DNA of 55,513 nt. It comes from a virus. Its lineage: Duplodnaviria > Caudoviricetes. A program made the translations under genes and the position numbers. This document shows positions 8,143 through 17,427 of this stretch, piece after piece. The stretch's first letter is position 1. Every line of letters begins with the position of its first letter. The DNA lies in IMG/VR virus record IMGVR_UViG_3300030090_003604, positions 1 through 55,513 of that record, one strand, 5' to 3'. The notes below the pieces were generated by a model. That model was not told the DNA's origin, made no database searches, and saw only the letters and a program-made list of their open reading frames with translations.

Positions 8143-8172
8143 ATTATAGTTCATTTCCTAGCAAATTACTAT
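8143..8172 (-). promoter_or_regulatory. Promoter: TATAAT -10 plus CTAG-N7-CTAT site
   Basis: ATTATA at 8143-8148; CTAGcaaattaCTAT at 8158-8172. Confidence 0.6.
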
Positions 8173-8175
8173 CTT

Positions 8176-8952
8176 TTATTCTGGATTTTTCCATTCCTTA
8201 ACAGCAATCGCCCAATCGGGTGCAATACTATCCGAACCTAATTCTGCTTGTAATTTATGGCTATTAACTTTAACTACCAATCCATCTGTTGGATATCTTG
8301 AAAAAATTAAACTATCTAACCAATCATTATGTAAAATTTTTACTTTCTTTAAAACATAAGTTGCTATGCGTACATGACCACAAACATGAAATCCTAAACA
8401 TAATAATTCTTGTAAGGTATCAACTTCATATCCACTATCTCTACCGATAACTTCAAAAGCACAGAATGCGAGTCCTTCTCCTGTAGGACATTTCCTCCTC
8501 ATGTGTCCCGCTGCAAGTCTTTGACTTTTACTATGTCCAGTTAATCCATAAACTTCTCCTCTTATTTCTATAGAATCTAAATAATTTATTTGCTGTGGAA
8601 CATTACTAACTTTTCTCATTGCATAAGTAATATCTTTTCCTTTTCTATTCCAAGCCTTAACAAGTCTTCCATATTTATATCTAAGAGCTACAGCACAACC
8701 ATCTATCTTTGGTTCGACTATCACTTCTGTATTATGTGGCAAGTCTTTATACCAATTTTCAAAAGGTTGATTACCTAAAGAAAGAAGATGTGTACCTCCT
8801 CCAGGAGAAAGTAATATTGGATGATCAGGTGCTATATCTACTAATTCTGCTCTTAATTTATCAAACTCTAAATCAGACACTAAAGGATTACCAGCTCTAT
8901 ATGCTTCATCTAATAATTGTATTTTGTTTGCTAATTCTTCTACGTTAGTCAA
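8176..8952 (-). CDS. NAD-dependent DNA ligase, adenylation domain only
   Basis: Domain Ia AY..G.P.VSD.EFD, motif I EPKIDG, EIRGEV, TDGLVVKVN, WAIAVK; ends before the OB/Zn/HhH/BRCT domains. Confidence 0.85.
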   Translation of the reverse strand: MTNVEELANKIQLLDEAYRAGNPLVSDLEFDKLRAELVDIAPDHPILLSPGGGTHLLSLGNQPFENWYKDLPHNTEVIVEPKIDGCAVALRYKYGRLVKAWNRKGKDITYAMRKVSNVPQQINYLDSIEIRGEVYGLTGHSKSQRLAAGHMRRKCPTGEGLAFCAFEVIGRDSGYEVDTLQELLCLGFHVCGHVRIATYVLKKVKILHNDWLDSLIFSRYPTDGLVVKVNSHKLQAELGSDSIAPDWAIAVKEWKNPE

Positions 8953-8988
8953 AAGAATAAATACTTGCTACTAATATCCTAGCATTAT

Positions 8989-9783
8989 CTAATAAGGTTT
9001 GCCCGCTTTATTTACATTTTTCCTTAAAAATCTAGGTAACTCTCTTTTTGCTATTGCTGAAATCTGCACTCCAAAAGATTGTTTTGGTTTTATTTTTGGA
9101 GTTTTTACAAATGCAAATAATGGTCTAACAAATTCTTTGTTTTTATCTAACACCATTCTATATATACCCGCTTCGAGTCTTTTATTTTTACTTTCCCCTT
9201 TATAACGAACTGCAAATGTTCTTCCTTGATGTATCAACTCTCCTTTTCCTTTTCTTTTCTTACCTTTAAATTTACCTTTTCTAGTATTAGACAAACCCCA
9301 AATTGTATTTCTATAAATTGTAGGTTTAACATTACCAAAAGCATTTAATTGTATATCAGTTGTATTTCTCAAGTTAGCTACAGGATATTCATCTTTACTC
9401 ATGTAATTTTTATTTCTAAGATATTGAACAAATCTGGTTGGATATGGTTCAGTAGAACCACCACCAATTACTGGGTATAAATATTTTGAGGGAGCATTAC
9501 TTTTTTTTTCTTTATTGTATAAATAAAAATCAACTTCATTTTTTCTAGGTTTATATAAGACACTATCTTTTGTTAAGTCTACAGGTTGTCTAAATTTATT
9601 TTTTCCTTTTTGAAAATTATAAGGCAAACCTTTTTTTGAAGGATCATTTGTAGAACCACCACGAGCAATAAAATAACCTAATTCTTCTGCTGTTAAATAA
9701 ACTGCATTTCTTAACGATTTAGGATTATATTTATCAAAATTCTTTATAAACTTCTTCGCATTAAATGTTACTTTAGTTGCCAT
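8989..9783 (-). CDS. Basic protein, possibly tail-completion/neck (gpZ-like)
   Basis: Lys/Arg-rich, LNAFGNV and GIYR motifs as in siphophage neck proteins; no gpZ in the structural block. Confidence 0.4.
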   Translation of the reverse strand: MATKVTFNAKKFIKNFDKYNPKSLRNAVYLTAEELGYFIARGGSTNDPSKKGLPYNFQKGKNKFRQPVDLTKDSVLYKPRKNEVDFYLYNKEKKSNAPSKYLYPVIGGGSTEPYPTRFVQYLRNKNYMSKDEYPVANLRNTTDIQLNAFGNVKPTIYRNTIWGLSNTRKGKFKGKKRKGKGELIHQGRTFAVRYKGESKNKRLEAGIYRMVLDKNKEFVRPLFAFVKTPKIKPKQSFGVQISAIAKRELPRFLRKNVNKAGKPY

Positions 9784-9841
9784 AATTTTTATCAATTAAA
9801 GTAATTAAATACAGTATAGCAAGTCTTCATTTTTTGAGACT

Positions 9842-10042
9842 GTGTCCAACCTTGAGCTGGTGTCCAAGCATTTTCTTATATATATTGTTTTTTATTAGGT
9901 GTTAATAAGATATCCCCTTTTTAGCCCTATCTTGTAGGTTATTGTATAAAAAAAGTACTTTATAGGTTTTAGGTTGGACGTTAGACACAATCAGTTGTGG
10001 ACAGGGTGTCCAACCTGTGTCCAACCTCCAGGTGTCCAACCT
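9842..10042 (+). repeat. GTGTCCAACCT iteron-like repeats; candidate replication origin
   Basis: Exact copies at 9842, 10006, 10017, 10032, partial at 9860, inverted partial at 9971; AT-rich centre; directly downstream of primase-helicase. Confidence 0.75.
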
Positions 10043-10051
10043 CTTAATAAT

Positions 10052-12193
10052 TTATATAGAAATGGTGTCCGAGTCTCGAATGTAGACCCATTTGCGACTA
10101 CCTCTCCCTCCTCTGCGTTTTTTAACGAGTCCCAAGTCTCTTAAAATTGATGCAATTTGCATTTGATCTCCTCTGGTTTGTCGTTCAATTGGTTTTTCAA
10201 TTGCTTCTGTAAGTACGACCTCTGTTGTTAACTCACGACCCCTATTTTTTGGTTCATTTATATAACTTTCTATGACAGATTTCCAAGGACTATCTATTAA
10301 ATATTGAATGTTTTCGTTATTAATTATTGATTCAGATTCGCTATCTAAAACCCAAGGCTCATGATTATGATAAGCAGAAACAACAGAACTCCAAAGCGAG
10401 TCTCTTTCATCAACTAAACCTTTAATATCAATTTGATCATTAATATTTTTAGTAGTTGGAATAATCCAAAACCTTCTTGATCCAGTATCATCTATTAACA
10501 ATCCATCTGTCTTATTACTAGTCCCTACTATTATTCCTCTTCTTTTAAATACTTCTGTTGATTTTCCATATGGCACTCTAAAAATATCTGTGGCTTGTGA
10601 TAAAAATGCTTTTACTTCTCCAGCCTGTTTTCTTGTGGTCAAGTAATCCATTTCGGAGAATTCCATAATCCAACTGCGGTGTAGTACCATCAACGAGTCT
10701 TTGTTTGATATATCTTTTAAAGCATCAGAAAAAAAAGCACCTCCAAGCTTCTCCCAAAAAGTACTTTTTCTAGCTCCTTGTTTTCCAACAATAATGCAAC
10801 AGTTATCAAACTTACAGCCAGGTTCAAAAACACGAGCTACTGCTGCGATTAAGGTGCATTTCAACATTTTATCGTAAATTGTAGGAGCAATATCTTTATC
10901 TTCGGGTCTTAAATATGTTGTTGCCAGCTCATCTATATAAGTATGTTCAACAGTAGCAGAAACGTGTTTTAAATATTCTTTAACAGGATCATATTCATTT
11001 TCTCTTGCTGCTTGCACAACACAATCAAAAGCTAAATCTTTTGATACTTTTATTCCTTTATCTGCAAGTTTTAAATAATATCTTTCTAACGAGTTTTCTC
11101 CTTCACAAACTTCTTTTCCTTCTTCTATCTGTTGAGTAAAAATATTATATCTGAATGGATTATCTCCTTTATTTTTTTTCCTTAGTTGCTCCATTAATTG
11201 ATTTGCTTCCATTTTTTGTAATGGTTGTTTTTCCATTACAGTAATCTGATCAGGATTTTCTATACTTTTTATCTCTACAAGTTTTGGTGGATTATATCCA
11301 GATTCTCGTGCGAGATACCAAAAAGTCCCTGCCTCAATTTGAGAACCTCCAGATTTTGCAATCTGTTCAATACCACCCCATTGAGGAGAATGTTGTTGCA
11401 TTAAAGATATTGCATCGCTTGAAGATCTATTTGCATCATTGCAAGCTTTTATAAGTCCCCATAATAAATTCCGATAATAATCGTAAGTACCAGTTCCAGG
11501 TACACGAGGAGGAATGCAGTTTAGTGCTTCTTTTATATCCTCAAAAGTGCCTTTTCTATATTCTTTAAATTGTTTACTTTTTTTTATTTTTTCTGTTTGT
11601 ACTTTATCGGGCAAACAATCTTCTATATCTTTAACAGTATATTTTTGATCACATGAGTTAATGATTTTAGTCATCTCTCTTTTTGTGCCATCATCTCCCA
11701 TATGAAAAGTTCCTGGAAGACGCATAACTCGTGATGGATTTTTTAAAGCCCTGTCAGCATCTGCATAATCTAGTAATCTTTCTTGAATAGGTCGCCAAGT
11801 CTTCGGATCTATTGTCTTTTTTAAAACCCAATAATTATGAATAGATTTACCTCCTGTATCTATCTGAAGAGTTGGTTCTTTAAGACCTAAAGTTCTCCAC
11901 AAATCGACCTGTTCGGATTTTGGCCTATCGTCCCATTCAACAAACAGCGCTCGGCAACCTGTTATTTCACTATCTGTATCACCACCATCATTCACTACAA
12001 CATAAACACCTCTACCTTCTATCTGACATTGTGTAATCCAATCAATATCTGCATTCGATTTTTTACCACGATCAGTATTTTTAAGAGGATGTCCTTTAGG
12101 ATAAAAAGAACGTAATCTTACTGTATTTTTATCTTTGCCAAGAATTTTGAGGAAAGTCCTCCATTGCAACTTATCAAGTTTTAAGTCAGACAT
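10052..12193 (-). CDS. Primase-helicase (RepB-like primase + PriCT-2 + VapE-type helicase)
   Basis: FVEWD, TGGKSIHNYW, NPSRVMRLPG; Walker A GKQGARKST, WIMEFSE, RVPYG, DDTGSRRFW. Confidence 0.88.
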   Translation of the reverse strand: MSDLKLDKLQWRTFLKILGKDKNTVRLRSFYPKGHPLKNTDRGKKSNADIDWITQCQIEGRGVYVVVNDGGDTDSEITGCRALFVEWDDRPKSEQVDLWRTLGLKEPTLQIDTGGKSIHNYWVLKKTIDPKTWRPIQERLLDYADADRALKNPSRVMRLPGTFHMGDDGTKREMTKIINSCDQKYTVKDIEDCLPDKVQTEKIKKSKQFKEYRKGTFEDIKEALNCIPPRVPGTGTYDYYRNLLWGLIKACNDANRSSSDAISLMQQHSPQWGGIEQIAKSGGSQIEAGTFWYLARESGYNPPKLVEIKSIENPDQITVMEKQPLQKMEANQLMEQLRKKNKGDNPFRYNIFTQQIEEGKEVCEGENSLERYYLKLADKGIKVSKDLAFDCVVQAARENEYDPVKEYLKHVSATVEHTYIDELATTYLRPEDKDIAPTIYDKMLKCTLIAAVARVFEPGCKFDNCCIIVGKQGARKSTFWEKLGGAFFSDALKDISNKDSLMVLHRSWIMEFSEMDYLTTRKQAGEVKAFLSQATDIFRVPYGKSTEVFKRRGIIVGTSNKTDGLLIDDTGSRRFWIIPTTKNINDQIDIKGLVDERDSLWSSVVSAYHNHEPWVLDSESESIINNENIQYLIDSPWKSVIESYINEPKNRGRELTTEVVLTEAIEKPIERQTRGDQMQIASILRDLGLVKKRRGGRGSRKWVYIRDSDTISI

Positions 12194-12209
12194 TAATTTT
12201 GTGGTGGTA

Positions 12210-12566
12210 TTAACTTAGGGACAAAATATTGAAAACATCTTTAATGCTTCTGGCTACTCCTGTAATGCCCCCAGATTTATTGATGAAGTTAAGCCAATTG
12301 TTTTGTTGAGGTGTAAGTTTGCCTTTTTCTGTTTTTATTTCTATTGAGACAAACTGTGCGATTTCTTGTCCAATCATGTCTTCGGTAATTTTTATTTTCT
12401 TAAAACCGATAAGATCAGAAGAACCTTTAGCTAACCCGAACTGAACGTATCTTCCTGTTCTTGGGTCGGGAAGTTGCCCCACTTGATTACGAAAAAGGCG
12501 AAGAGTTGGTATCTTGCCGATTGCAAGTCGGATTTCCTGTTGAAGCTTAGTTTCATTGTTGCTCAC
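12210..12566 (-). CDS. VRR-NUC nuclease
   Basis: E..LQ..I, FGLAKGSSDLIG, IEIKTEKGKLTPQQ..W. Confidence 0.85.
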   Translation of the reverse strand: MSNNETKLQQEIRLAIGKIPTLRLFRNQVGQLPDPRTGRYVQFGLAKGSSDLIGFKKIKITEDMIGQEIAQFVSIEIKTEKGKLTPQQNNWLNFINKSGGITGVARSIKDVFNILSLS

Positions 12567-13557
12567 GCTCCAATTGTATAACCCTTTGCAAGGGTATAGC
12601 TGCGACAGCTGGCACTATCGTGTTTCCGAGTTGCTTGAGTCTCTGAATTCGTTGACTTGCGTCCAATTTATTGGATAACCCATCATCTCCTCTACGAATC
12701 GTGGGTTGAGATATGTATTGTCTCCAGTTTGGGTTAAGACGTCTGATATTCTGCGTTTTCCATGTCGGTCTATAAATCCTTGACCCGACCTTCCCTTGTA
12801 ATCCGTTGCTGTCGGGGTTGGAAGAATTGATACTGCATCTCTCAGTTTTACTCCCCATCTGACTCCCTCTTTGTTTTCCCTGTAAAAAGTTTCGTTCTTG
12901 TATTGAACATCCTTCACCACTCCCCCCTCCACATCCGATGCTCTCGGTGTTGGAAGCATTGGATATTTTTTCGTTGGAATTCCTATTTGTTTGCATATCC
13001 CCTCCTTTAGATTGTCTCCATAACCTAGATTCGTCCTTCCAGGTTCGCTTGCTCTCGGAGTTGGAAGAAAATCCAAGCAACCACCAGCGATCCCTTTGAT
13101 GGCAAGCTCCAACAAAGCTGCTTGGTATACAACACCATTCTGCATCGTACCCTGCCTCGAAAATGTCTCGGAGAACGATGTCCATTCCGTTAGTAAGGAT
13201 CGCTGATACGTTTTCCAAGATGAAGTATTTTGGTCGTACCATGCGTATGGTTCTGATGAGTTGAAACCAGAGACCAGATTTTGAAGTCTCCGTGATGCCT
13301 TCCCTATGTCCTGCCTGTGAGATTGATTGACATGGAAATCCCCCAGTGATAACGTCTGCTGAATATGGTTTGGCTCTGTAGGTTGTGATGTCATCGTGAA
13401 TAGGAATGTTTGGAAAATTTTTGTTTAGTACTTGTTGACAGTATGGATCAATTTCTATGAACTGTACTGTTTCAAATCCACCTACAAGGTTTTCTGCAGC
13501 GTAACTAAAACCGCCAATCCCTGCAAATGTATCTAGAAGTCTTAATTTTTTTGTCAT
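12553..13557 (-). CDS. dcm: DNA cytosine-5 methyltransferase, alpha-like subunit (motifs I-VIII and X)
   Basis: DTFAGIGGF, GGFPCQ, ENV, HQRDRW, LKQLGNTIVP. Confidence 0.9.
   Translation of the reverse strand: MTKKLRLLDTFAGIGGFSYAAENLVGGFETVQFIEIDPYCQQVLNKNFPNIPIHDDITTYRAKPYSADVITGGFPCQSISQAGHREGITETSKSGLWFQLIRTIRMVRPKYFILENVSAILTNGMDIVLRDIFEAGYDAEWCCIPSSFVGACHQRDRWWLLGFSSNSESKRTWKDESRLWRQSKGGDMQTNRNSNEKISNASNTESIGCGGGSGEGCSIQERNFLQGKQRGSQMGSKTERCSINSSNPDSNGLQGKVGSRIYRPTWKTQNIRRLNPNWRQYISQPTIRRGDDGLSNKLDASQRIQRLKQLGNTIVPAVAAIPLQRVIQLEREQQ
12615..13394 (-). CDS. Nested alternative-frame methyltransferase beta-like subunit (TRD + motif IX)
   Basis: 259-aa ORF inside dcm; three LPTP(R/T)A(S/T)(D/E) repeats and LNPRFVEEMMGYPINWT. 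Confidence 0.8.
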   Translation of the reverse strand: MTSQPTEPNHIQQTLSLGDFHVNQSHRQDIGKASRRLQNLVSGFNSSEPYAWYDQNTSSWKTYQRSLLTEWTSFSETFSRQGTMQNGVVYQAALLELAIKGIAGGCLDFLPTPRASEPGRTNLGYGDNLKEGICKQIGIPTKKYPMLPTPRASDVEGGVVKDVQYKNETFYRENKEGVRWGVKLRDAVSILPTPTATDYKGRSGQGFIDRHGKRRISDVLTQTGDNTYLNPRFVEEMMGYPINWTQVNEFRDSSNSETR

Positions 13558-15284
13558 GTTATAAAACCTGTGGGATCTTCATTTTTAGGCCATTTTTTCT
13601 GATTACAAGCCATCACAAAATTATTTATAAAATCAATATCCCATTCATAACGTACCATTTCTTCAAATAAACTTTTATTTAAATCTTTTTTTTCTTTCTC
13701 GCATTTAATAAATTTCCAAATGTCATTGACTTTTGTTTGCTGTAAATCCTCCCAAATAAAAGCAAAAGAATTTTGTTTTTTATCTGAATAATGTTCTTTA
13801 AATTTTTGATAAGCTAAAAAATTATTAACAAACAATTTTGCAACTCTTTCTTTTTGTACCATAGGTAAATTAGCTTTTTTAGGATTTATAATTTTATTTT
13901 TATGAAATATAGGTTTATGTTTTCTTGATTGATGTACTTTATAAGCCCAACCCTTTTTGTAGCCAAGAATTTGTGCTACTTGTTCTAATTCTTCTAAAGT
14001 TCTTGCACTTCTAATTAATTGTTCTTTCTGTTTATGTTCTGTTTCTTTTCTTTTAAGTTCTTCTAGTTCTCCCTCTTCTTGTTTTATAAATCTTTCTCTG
14101 TTTTGTGCTTCATAACCACAAACTGGACATACAGGTGTTGGTTTATATGTAGCGAAACATTTTTTGCAAGTCTCTACATGAGGAACAACAACACCTTTTT
14201 TCTTTTTTTTCTTTTTTGAATGTAATGACCAATCTTTTTTATCGTCAACAAAACCATGAGTTCTTGTGCTGTTTACATGATCTAAAATTATTGCGGTCTT
14301 ACCAGGTTTTGGTCTTAAAACTCTTCCTACTTGTTGTAAATATAACCCTTCAGATTTTGTTGGTCGAAGGAGAATCGCTGCTGATACATCTGGAACATCT
14401 GTGCCTTCTGAGATAACATCAACTGATGTAAGAATTTGTATTTTTCCGTTTCCAAGTCCTTTAATTGCTTCATCACGATCTCCTACTTTCATCTCACCAT
14501 GAACTATAGCAGCTTTATAACCAGCATCTTTAAATTTATTACAAACATCGGTTGCGTGTTTTATTGAAATACAGAATGCGATAGCGGGTAAACCATCTGC
14601 GTGTTTTTTATATTGTTGTACAGCATCTCCAATAATATCAACACTATCTATTTGTTTTTCTAAATCTTTTTTCTGATAATCTCCACCTAAAGTTTTGACC
14701 CGATCAAGATCTAATTTTAATGGAGGAGCAAATACTTTATATGGTGCTAGATACTTATCTTCTATAAGTTGTGCTACTCCAGGGCCTAAAACTAAATCAT
14801 CAAAAAAATCAGCTAAACCTTTGCCATCAAGTCTTATTGGTGTTGCAGTACATCCAATTTTGAATGCTTGACAAGTATTATCGTAATAATCAAGAATTTT
14901 CTGCCAACTACCAGCTGCTGCGTGATGTGCTTCATCAATAATTATATAGTCGGGAAAAAAATCAATATGAACAAGTCTTCTTACTAAAGTTTGTACTGAT
15001 GCTATTTGTATATTATTTTTCTTAGGTTTATATTTTGCAGCAATAATTCCATGTTTTACACCTATAGTTTTTAATTTTTTTGATGCTTGATCAATAAGCT
15101 CTCTTCTATGAACAAGAATTAAAACATTTTTTTTATTATCTGATATAGATTTTGATATAGAAGCAAAGACAACAGTTTTACCAGCTCCAGTTGGCATTAC
15201 TAAAAGTGGAGCTTTTTTCTTATGTATATGAATAGAATCTCTTAAGTTTGAAATTGCTTTGGTTTGATAACTTCTTAACTGCAT
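13554..15284 (-). CDS. Superfamily 2 DNA helicase with Zn ribbon
   Basis: LRSYQ, PTGAGKT, DEAHH, TATP, EGTDVP, QQVGRVLR; CKKC...CPVC. Confidence 0.9.
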   Translation of the reverse strand: MQLRSYQTKAISNLRDSIHIHKKKAPLLVMPTGAGKTVVFASISKSISDNKKNVLILVHRRELIDQASKKLKTIGVKHGIIAAKYKPKKNNIQIASVQTLVRRLVHIDFFPDYIIIDEAHHAAAGSWQKILDYYDNTCQAFKIGCTATPIRLDGKGLADFFDDLVLGPGVAQLIEDKYLAPYKVFAPPLKLDLDRVKTLGGDYQKKDLEKQIDSVDIIGDAVQQYKKHADGLPAIAFCISIKHATDVCNKFKDAGYKAAIVHGEMKVGDRDEAIKGLGNGKIQILTSVDVISEGTDVPDVSAAILLRPTKSEGLYLQQVGRVLRPKPGKTAIILDHVNSTRTHGFVDDKKDWSLHSKKKKKKKGVVVPHVETCKKCFATYKPTPVCPVCGYEAQNRERFIKQEEGELEELKRKETEHKQKEQLIRSARTLEELEQVAQILGYKKGWAYKVHQSRKHKPIFHKNKIINPKKANLPMVQKERVAKLFVNNFLAYQKFKEHYSDKKQNSFAFIWEDLQQTKVNDIWKFIKCEKEKKDLNKSLFEEMVRYEWDIDFINNFVMACNQKKWPKNEDPTGFIT

Positions 15285-15288
15285 AGGG

Positions 15289-15317
15289 TTGCACGAGATG
15301 TTTCTAGGGTATATGAT
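15289..15317 (+). promoter_or_regulatory. Sigma70-type promoter for the recombination operon
   Basis: TTGCAC-N17-TATGAT in the divergent gap. Confidence 0.55.
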
Positions 15318-15349
15318 ACGACTATAAACGACAAGCCCTTTATTAATAA

Positions 15350-15619
15350 ATGGACAAAAAAGATCAAAGAATTAACGTTACTTTATTTTCAACACTTGAA
15401 TATGAAATGGTTAAAGCATTAGCTACATTGCATGGGACTTCATTATCTATGGTTGTTGCTAAAGGTTTTAGTGAATGGCTAAAAAAAAATTTTATTATTG
15501 AGTTGGAATCATATCGTGATGCAGAAATATATTTAAAAAAAATGAATAGAACTGCTCCTATAGATAATTTATTCTACAAAGATAAAAATGGTTTTTATCA
15601 ACCTTGGAGAAGTGAATAA
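15350..15619 (+). CDS. Putative ribbon-helix-helix regulator
   Basis: QRINVTL...EYEMVKALA...GTSLSMVV. Confidence 0.55.
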   Translation: MDKKDQRINVTLFSTLEYEMVKALATLHGTSLSMVVAKGFSEWLKKNFIIELESYRDAEIYLKKMNRTAPIDNLFYKDKNGFYQPWRSE

Positions 15620-16446
15620 TGTATAAACCCTTGGTAATGAGCAATGCAGAATATCATTCAAAGAAAGACTATGAGTCTTCCAGTAGTATTCGTGATGCAT
15701 TATTAAATCCTAAAAAATATATTTTTAGAAAAACACATGAAACTGTTCCAACAAAATCAATGGAAGAAGGAACTGCTGTTCATTCATATTTTTTAGAAAA
15801 CGATAAATTTAAAAAAAATTATGTATTTAAACCGAAAGCATTTAATGGAAGAACAAAAGAAGGCAAAGAATGGATGCAAGAACATGGTCATCTAAATATA
15901 TTAGGTGCTGAATGGGAAGAAAATCTTATTCAGATGAATCATAATTTTTTAAATAGCCCTGCAAAATTTATCTACGATAACGAAGGATTAGCGGAATTAA
16001 GCTTTTTTTGGGATGATATATACAAAATTAAGGGTAAATGTAGACCAGATTGGCTTTCCGTTAATGGAAATACAGTAGTTGATTTAAAAACAACAAAAGA
16101 CGCAAGTCCTAAAAGTTTCCAAAGATCTATAAGTGAATTTGGATATCATATACAAGCAGCATGGTATCTAAGAGGTTTAAGAAAACTAGATATACCAGCA
16201 AAAGAATTTATTTTTATTGCAATAGAAAAAACAGCACCATATTGTATTGGAGTTTATAGAGCAGATGAAGAGATGATAGTTGCTGGTATGAGTGAGGTTG
16301 ATAAATCATTAGAAGTATTAAAGATGTGTCAAGAAACAAAACTCTATCCAGACTACACACCGACCATACAAGATATTAGTCTTCCTCCTTGGATGACTAA
16401 TAAAAAGGTCACACCACAAAACTACCAGGAGATTCAACTTTACTAA
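15619..16446 (+). CDS. RecE/ExoVIII-like PD-(D/E)xK exonuclease
   Basis: MSNAEYH, SSS, GTAVH...LE, KCRPD, VDLKTT, YHIQAAWY, FIAIEK. Confidence 0.88.
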   Translation: MYKPLVMSNAEYHSKKDYESSSSIRDALLNPKKYIFRKTHETVPTKSMEEGTAVHSYFLENDKFKKNYVFKPKAFNGRTKEGKEWMQEHGHLNILGAEWEENLIQMNHNFLNSPAKFIYDNEGLAELSFFWDDIYKIKGKCRPDWLSVNGNTVVDLKTTKDASPKSFQRSISEFGYHIQAAWYLRGLRKLDIPAKEFIFIAIEKTAPYCIGVYRADEEMIVAGMSEVDKSLEVLKMCQETKLYPDYTPTIQDISLPPWMTNKKVTPQNYQEIQLY

Positions 16447-16586
16447 TGAAAATCGAATTTGATTACAAACAAGGAGAGTGGATACAACTTAAGTCGTATC
16501 TATTTCCATACCTTAATAAATCAGAACTTGTACAAGATTTTGTAAAAAAGGTAAATACAAAAACAAGGTTGAGGTCAGTTAAATGA
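16446..16586 (+). CDS. Small hypothetical protein (46 aa, not in ORF track)
   Basis: Hand translation MKIEFDYKQGEW...; TAATG and ATGA coupling. Confidence 0.6.
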   Translation: MKIEFDYKQGEWIQLKSYLFPYLNKSELVQDFVKKVNTKTRLRSVK

Positions 16587-16795
16587 ATATAGAAGAACGT
16601 CTTAATAATCTTGAAAAAGGTTATAAACAACTTTGTCAATCACATGACAGAAACAAACACGCACATTTATTAACAGCAAATTCCATGCATCATGTTAATA
16701 AAAACTTTAAAGAAATTAGAGATTTAATTGAAGCACAACAAAAAATTAATTTAGGAATTTTAAGTAAATTACAAGATTTAGAGGATAAAAAATGA
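16583..16795 (+). CDS. Hypothetical coiled-coil protein
   Basis: 70 aa, coupled on both sides. Confidence 0.65.
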   Translation: MNIEERLNNLEKGYKQLCQSHDRNKHAHLLTANSMHHVNKNFKEIRDLIEAQQKINLGILSKLQDLEDKK

Positions 16796-17427
16796 CATCT
16801 GAAATTACAACAACATCTATAGAAAATGAGTCTTCTATATATCACAATGCTGATAGCTTCGAGTTTGCACAAAAACAAGCAAAAAGTTTAGCAGATTCAC
16901 AACTTGTACCAAAACAATATCAAGGCCAACAAGGTTTATCTAATTGTTTGGTAGCACTTGAGATGAGTAAAAGAATGAACCTTAGTCCACTAACTGTTAT
17001 GCAAAATTTAAATGTTATACACGGCAAGCCATATTGGTCAGCACAATTCATTGCATCCACCATAATGTCGTGCGGTAGATTTTCTAACTTTGACTATTTA
17101 GTAAAAGGTCAAGGAGATACATTAGAAGTACAATGTGTTGCCACCAGGCTTGAAGATAAAAAGCAAGTTAAAGGCACAGCAGTTTCTATGGCTATGGCTA
17201 GACAAGAAGGATGGGCTGCAAGAAACTCAAAATATTCTTCGATGCCAGAAGTCATGTTGAGGAGTCGAGCAGCTACATTTTTTGGTAGGCAATATATTCC
17301 TGACTTGTTATTAGGTGTGCAAACTAGTGAGGAAGTGGTAGATATAGAGTCAGAACCTATAAACGTATCCGAGTCCTCGGTACGAATCGAACCACAACAG
17401 GAGGATGAAAATGACATTGGATTCTAA
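16792..17427 (+). CDS. RecT-like single-strand annealing protein
   Basis: LVPKQYQG, LSPL.VMQNL.VIHGKP, PEVMLRSRA.TFFGR..PD.LLG..T.EE; near the RecE-like gene. Confidence 0.75.
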   Translation: MTSEITTTSIENESSIYHNADSFEFAQKQAKSLADSQLVPKQYQGQQGLSNCLVALEMSKRMNLSPLTVMQNLNVIHGKPYWSAQFIASTIMSCGRFSNFDYLVKGQGDTLEVQCVATRLEDKKQVKGTAVSMAMARQEGWAARNSKYSSMPEVMLRSRAATFFGRQYIPDLLLGVQTSEEVVDIESEPINVSESSVRIEPQQEDENDIGF

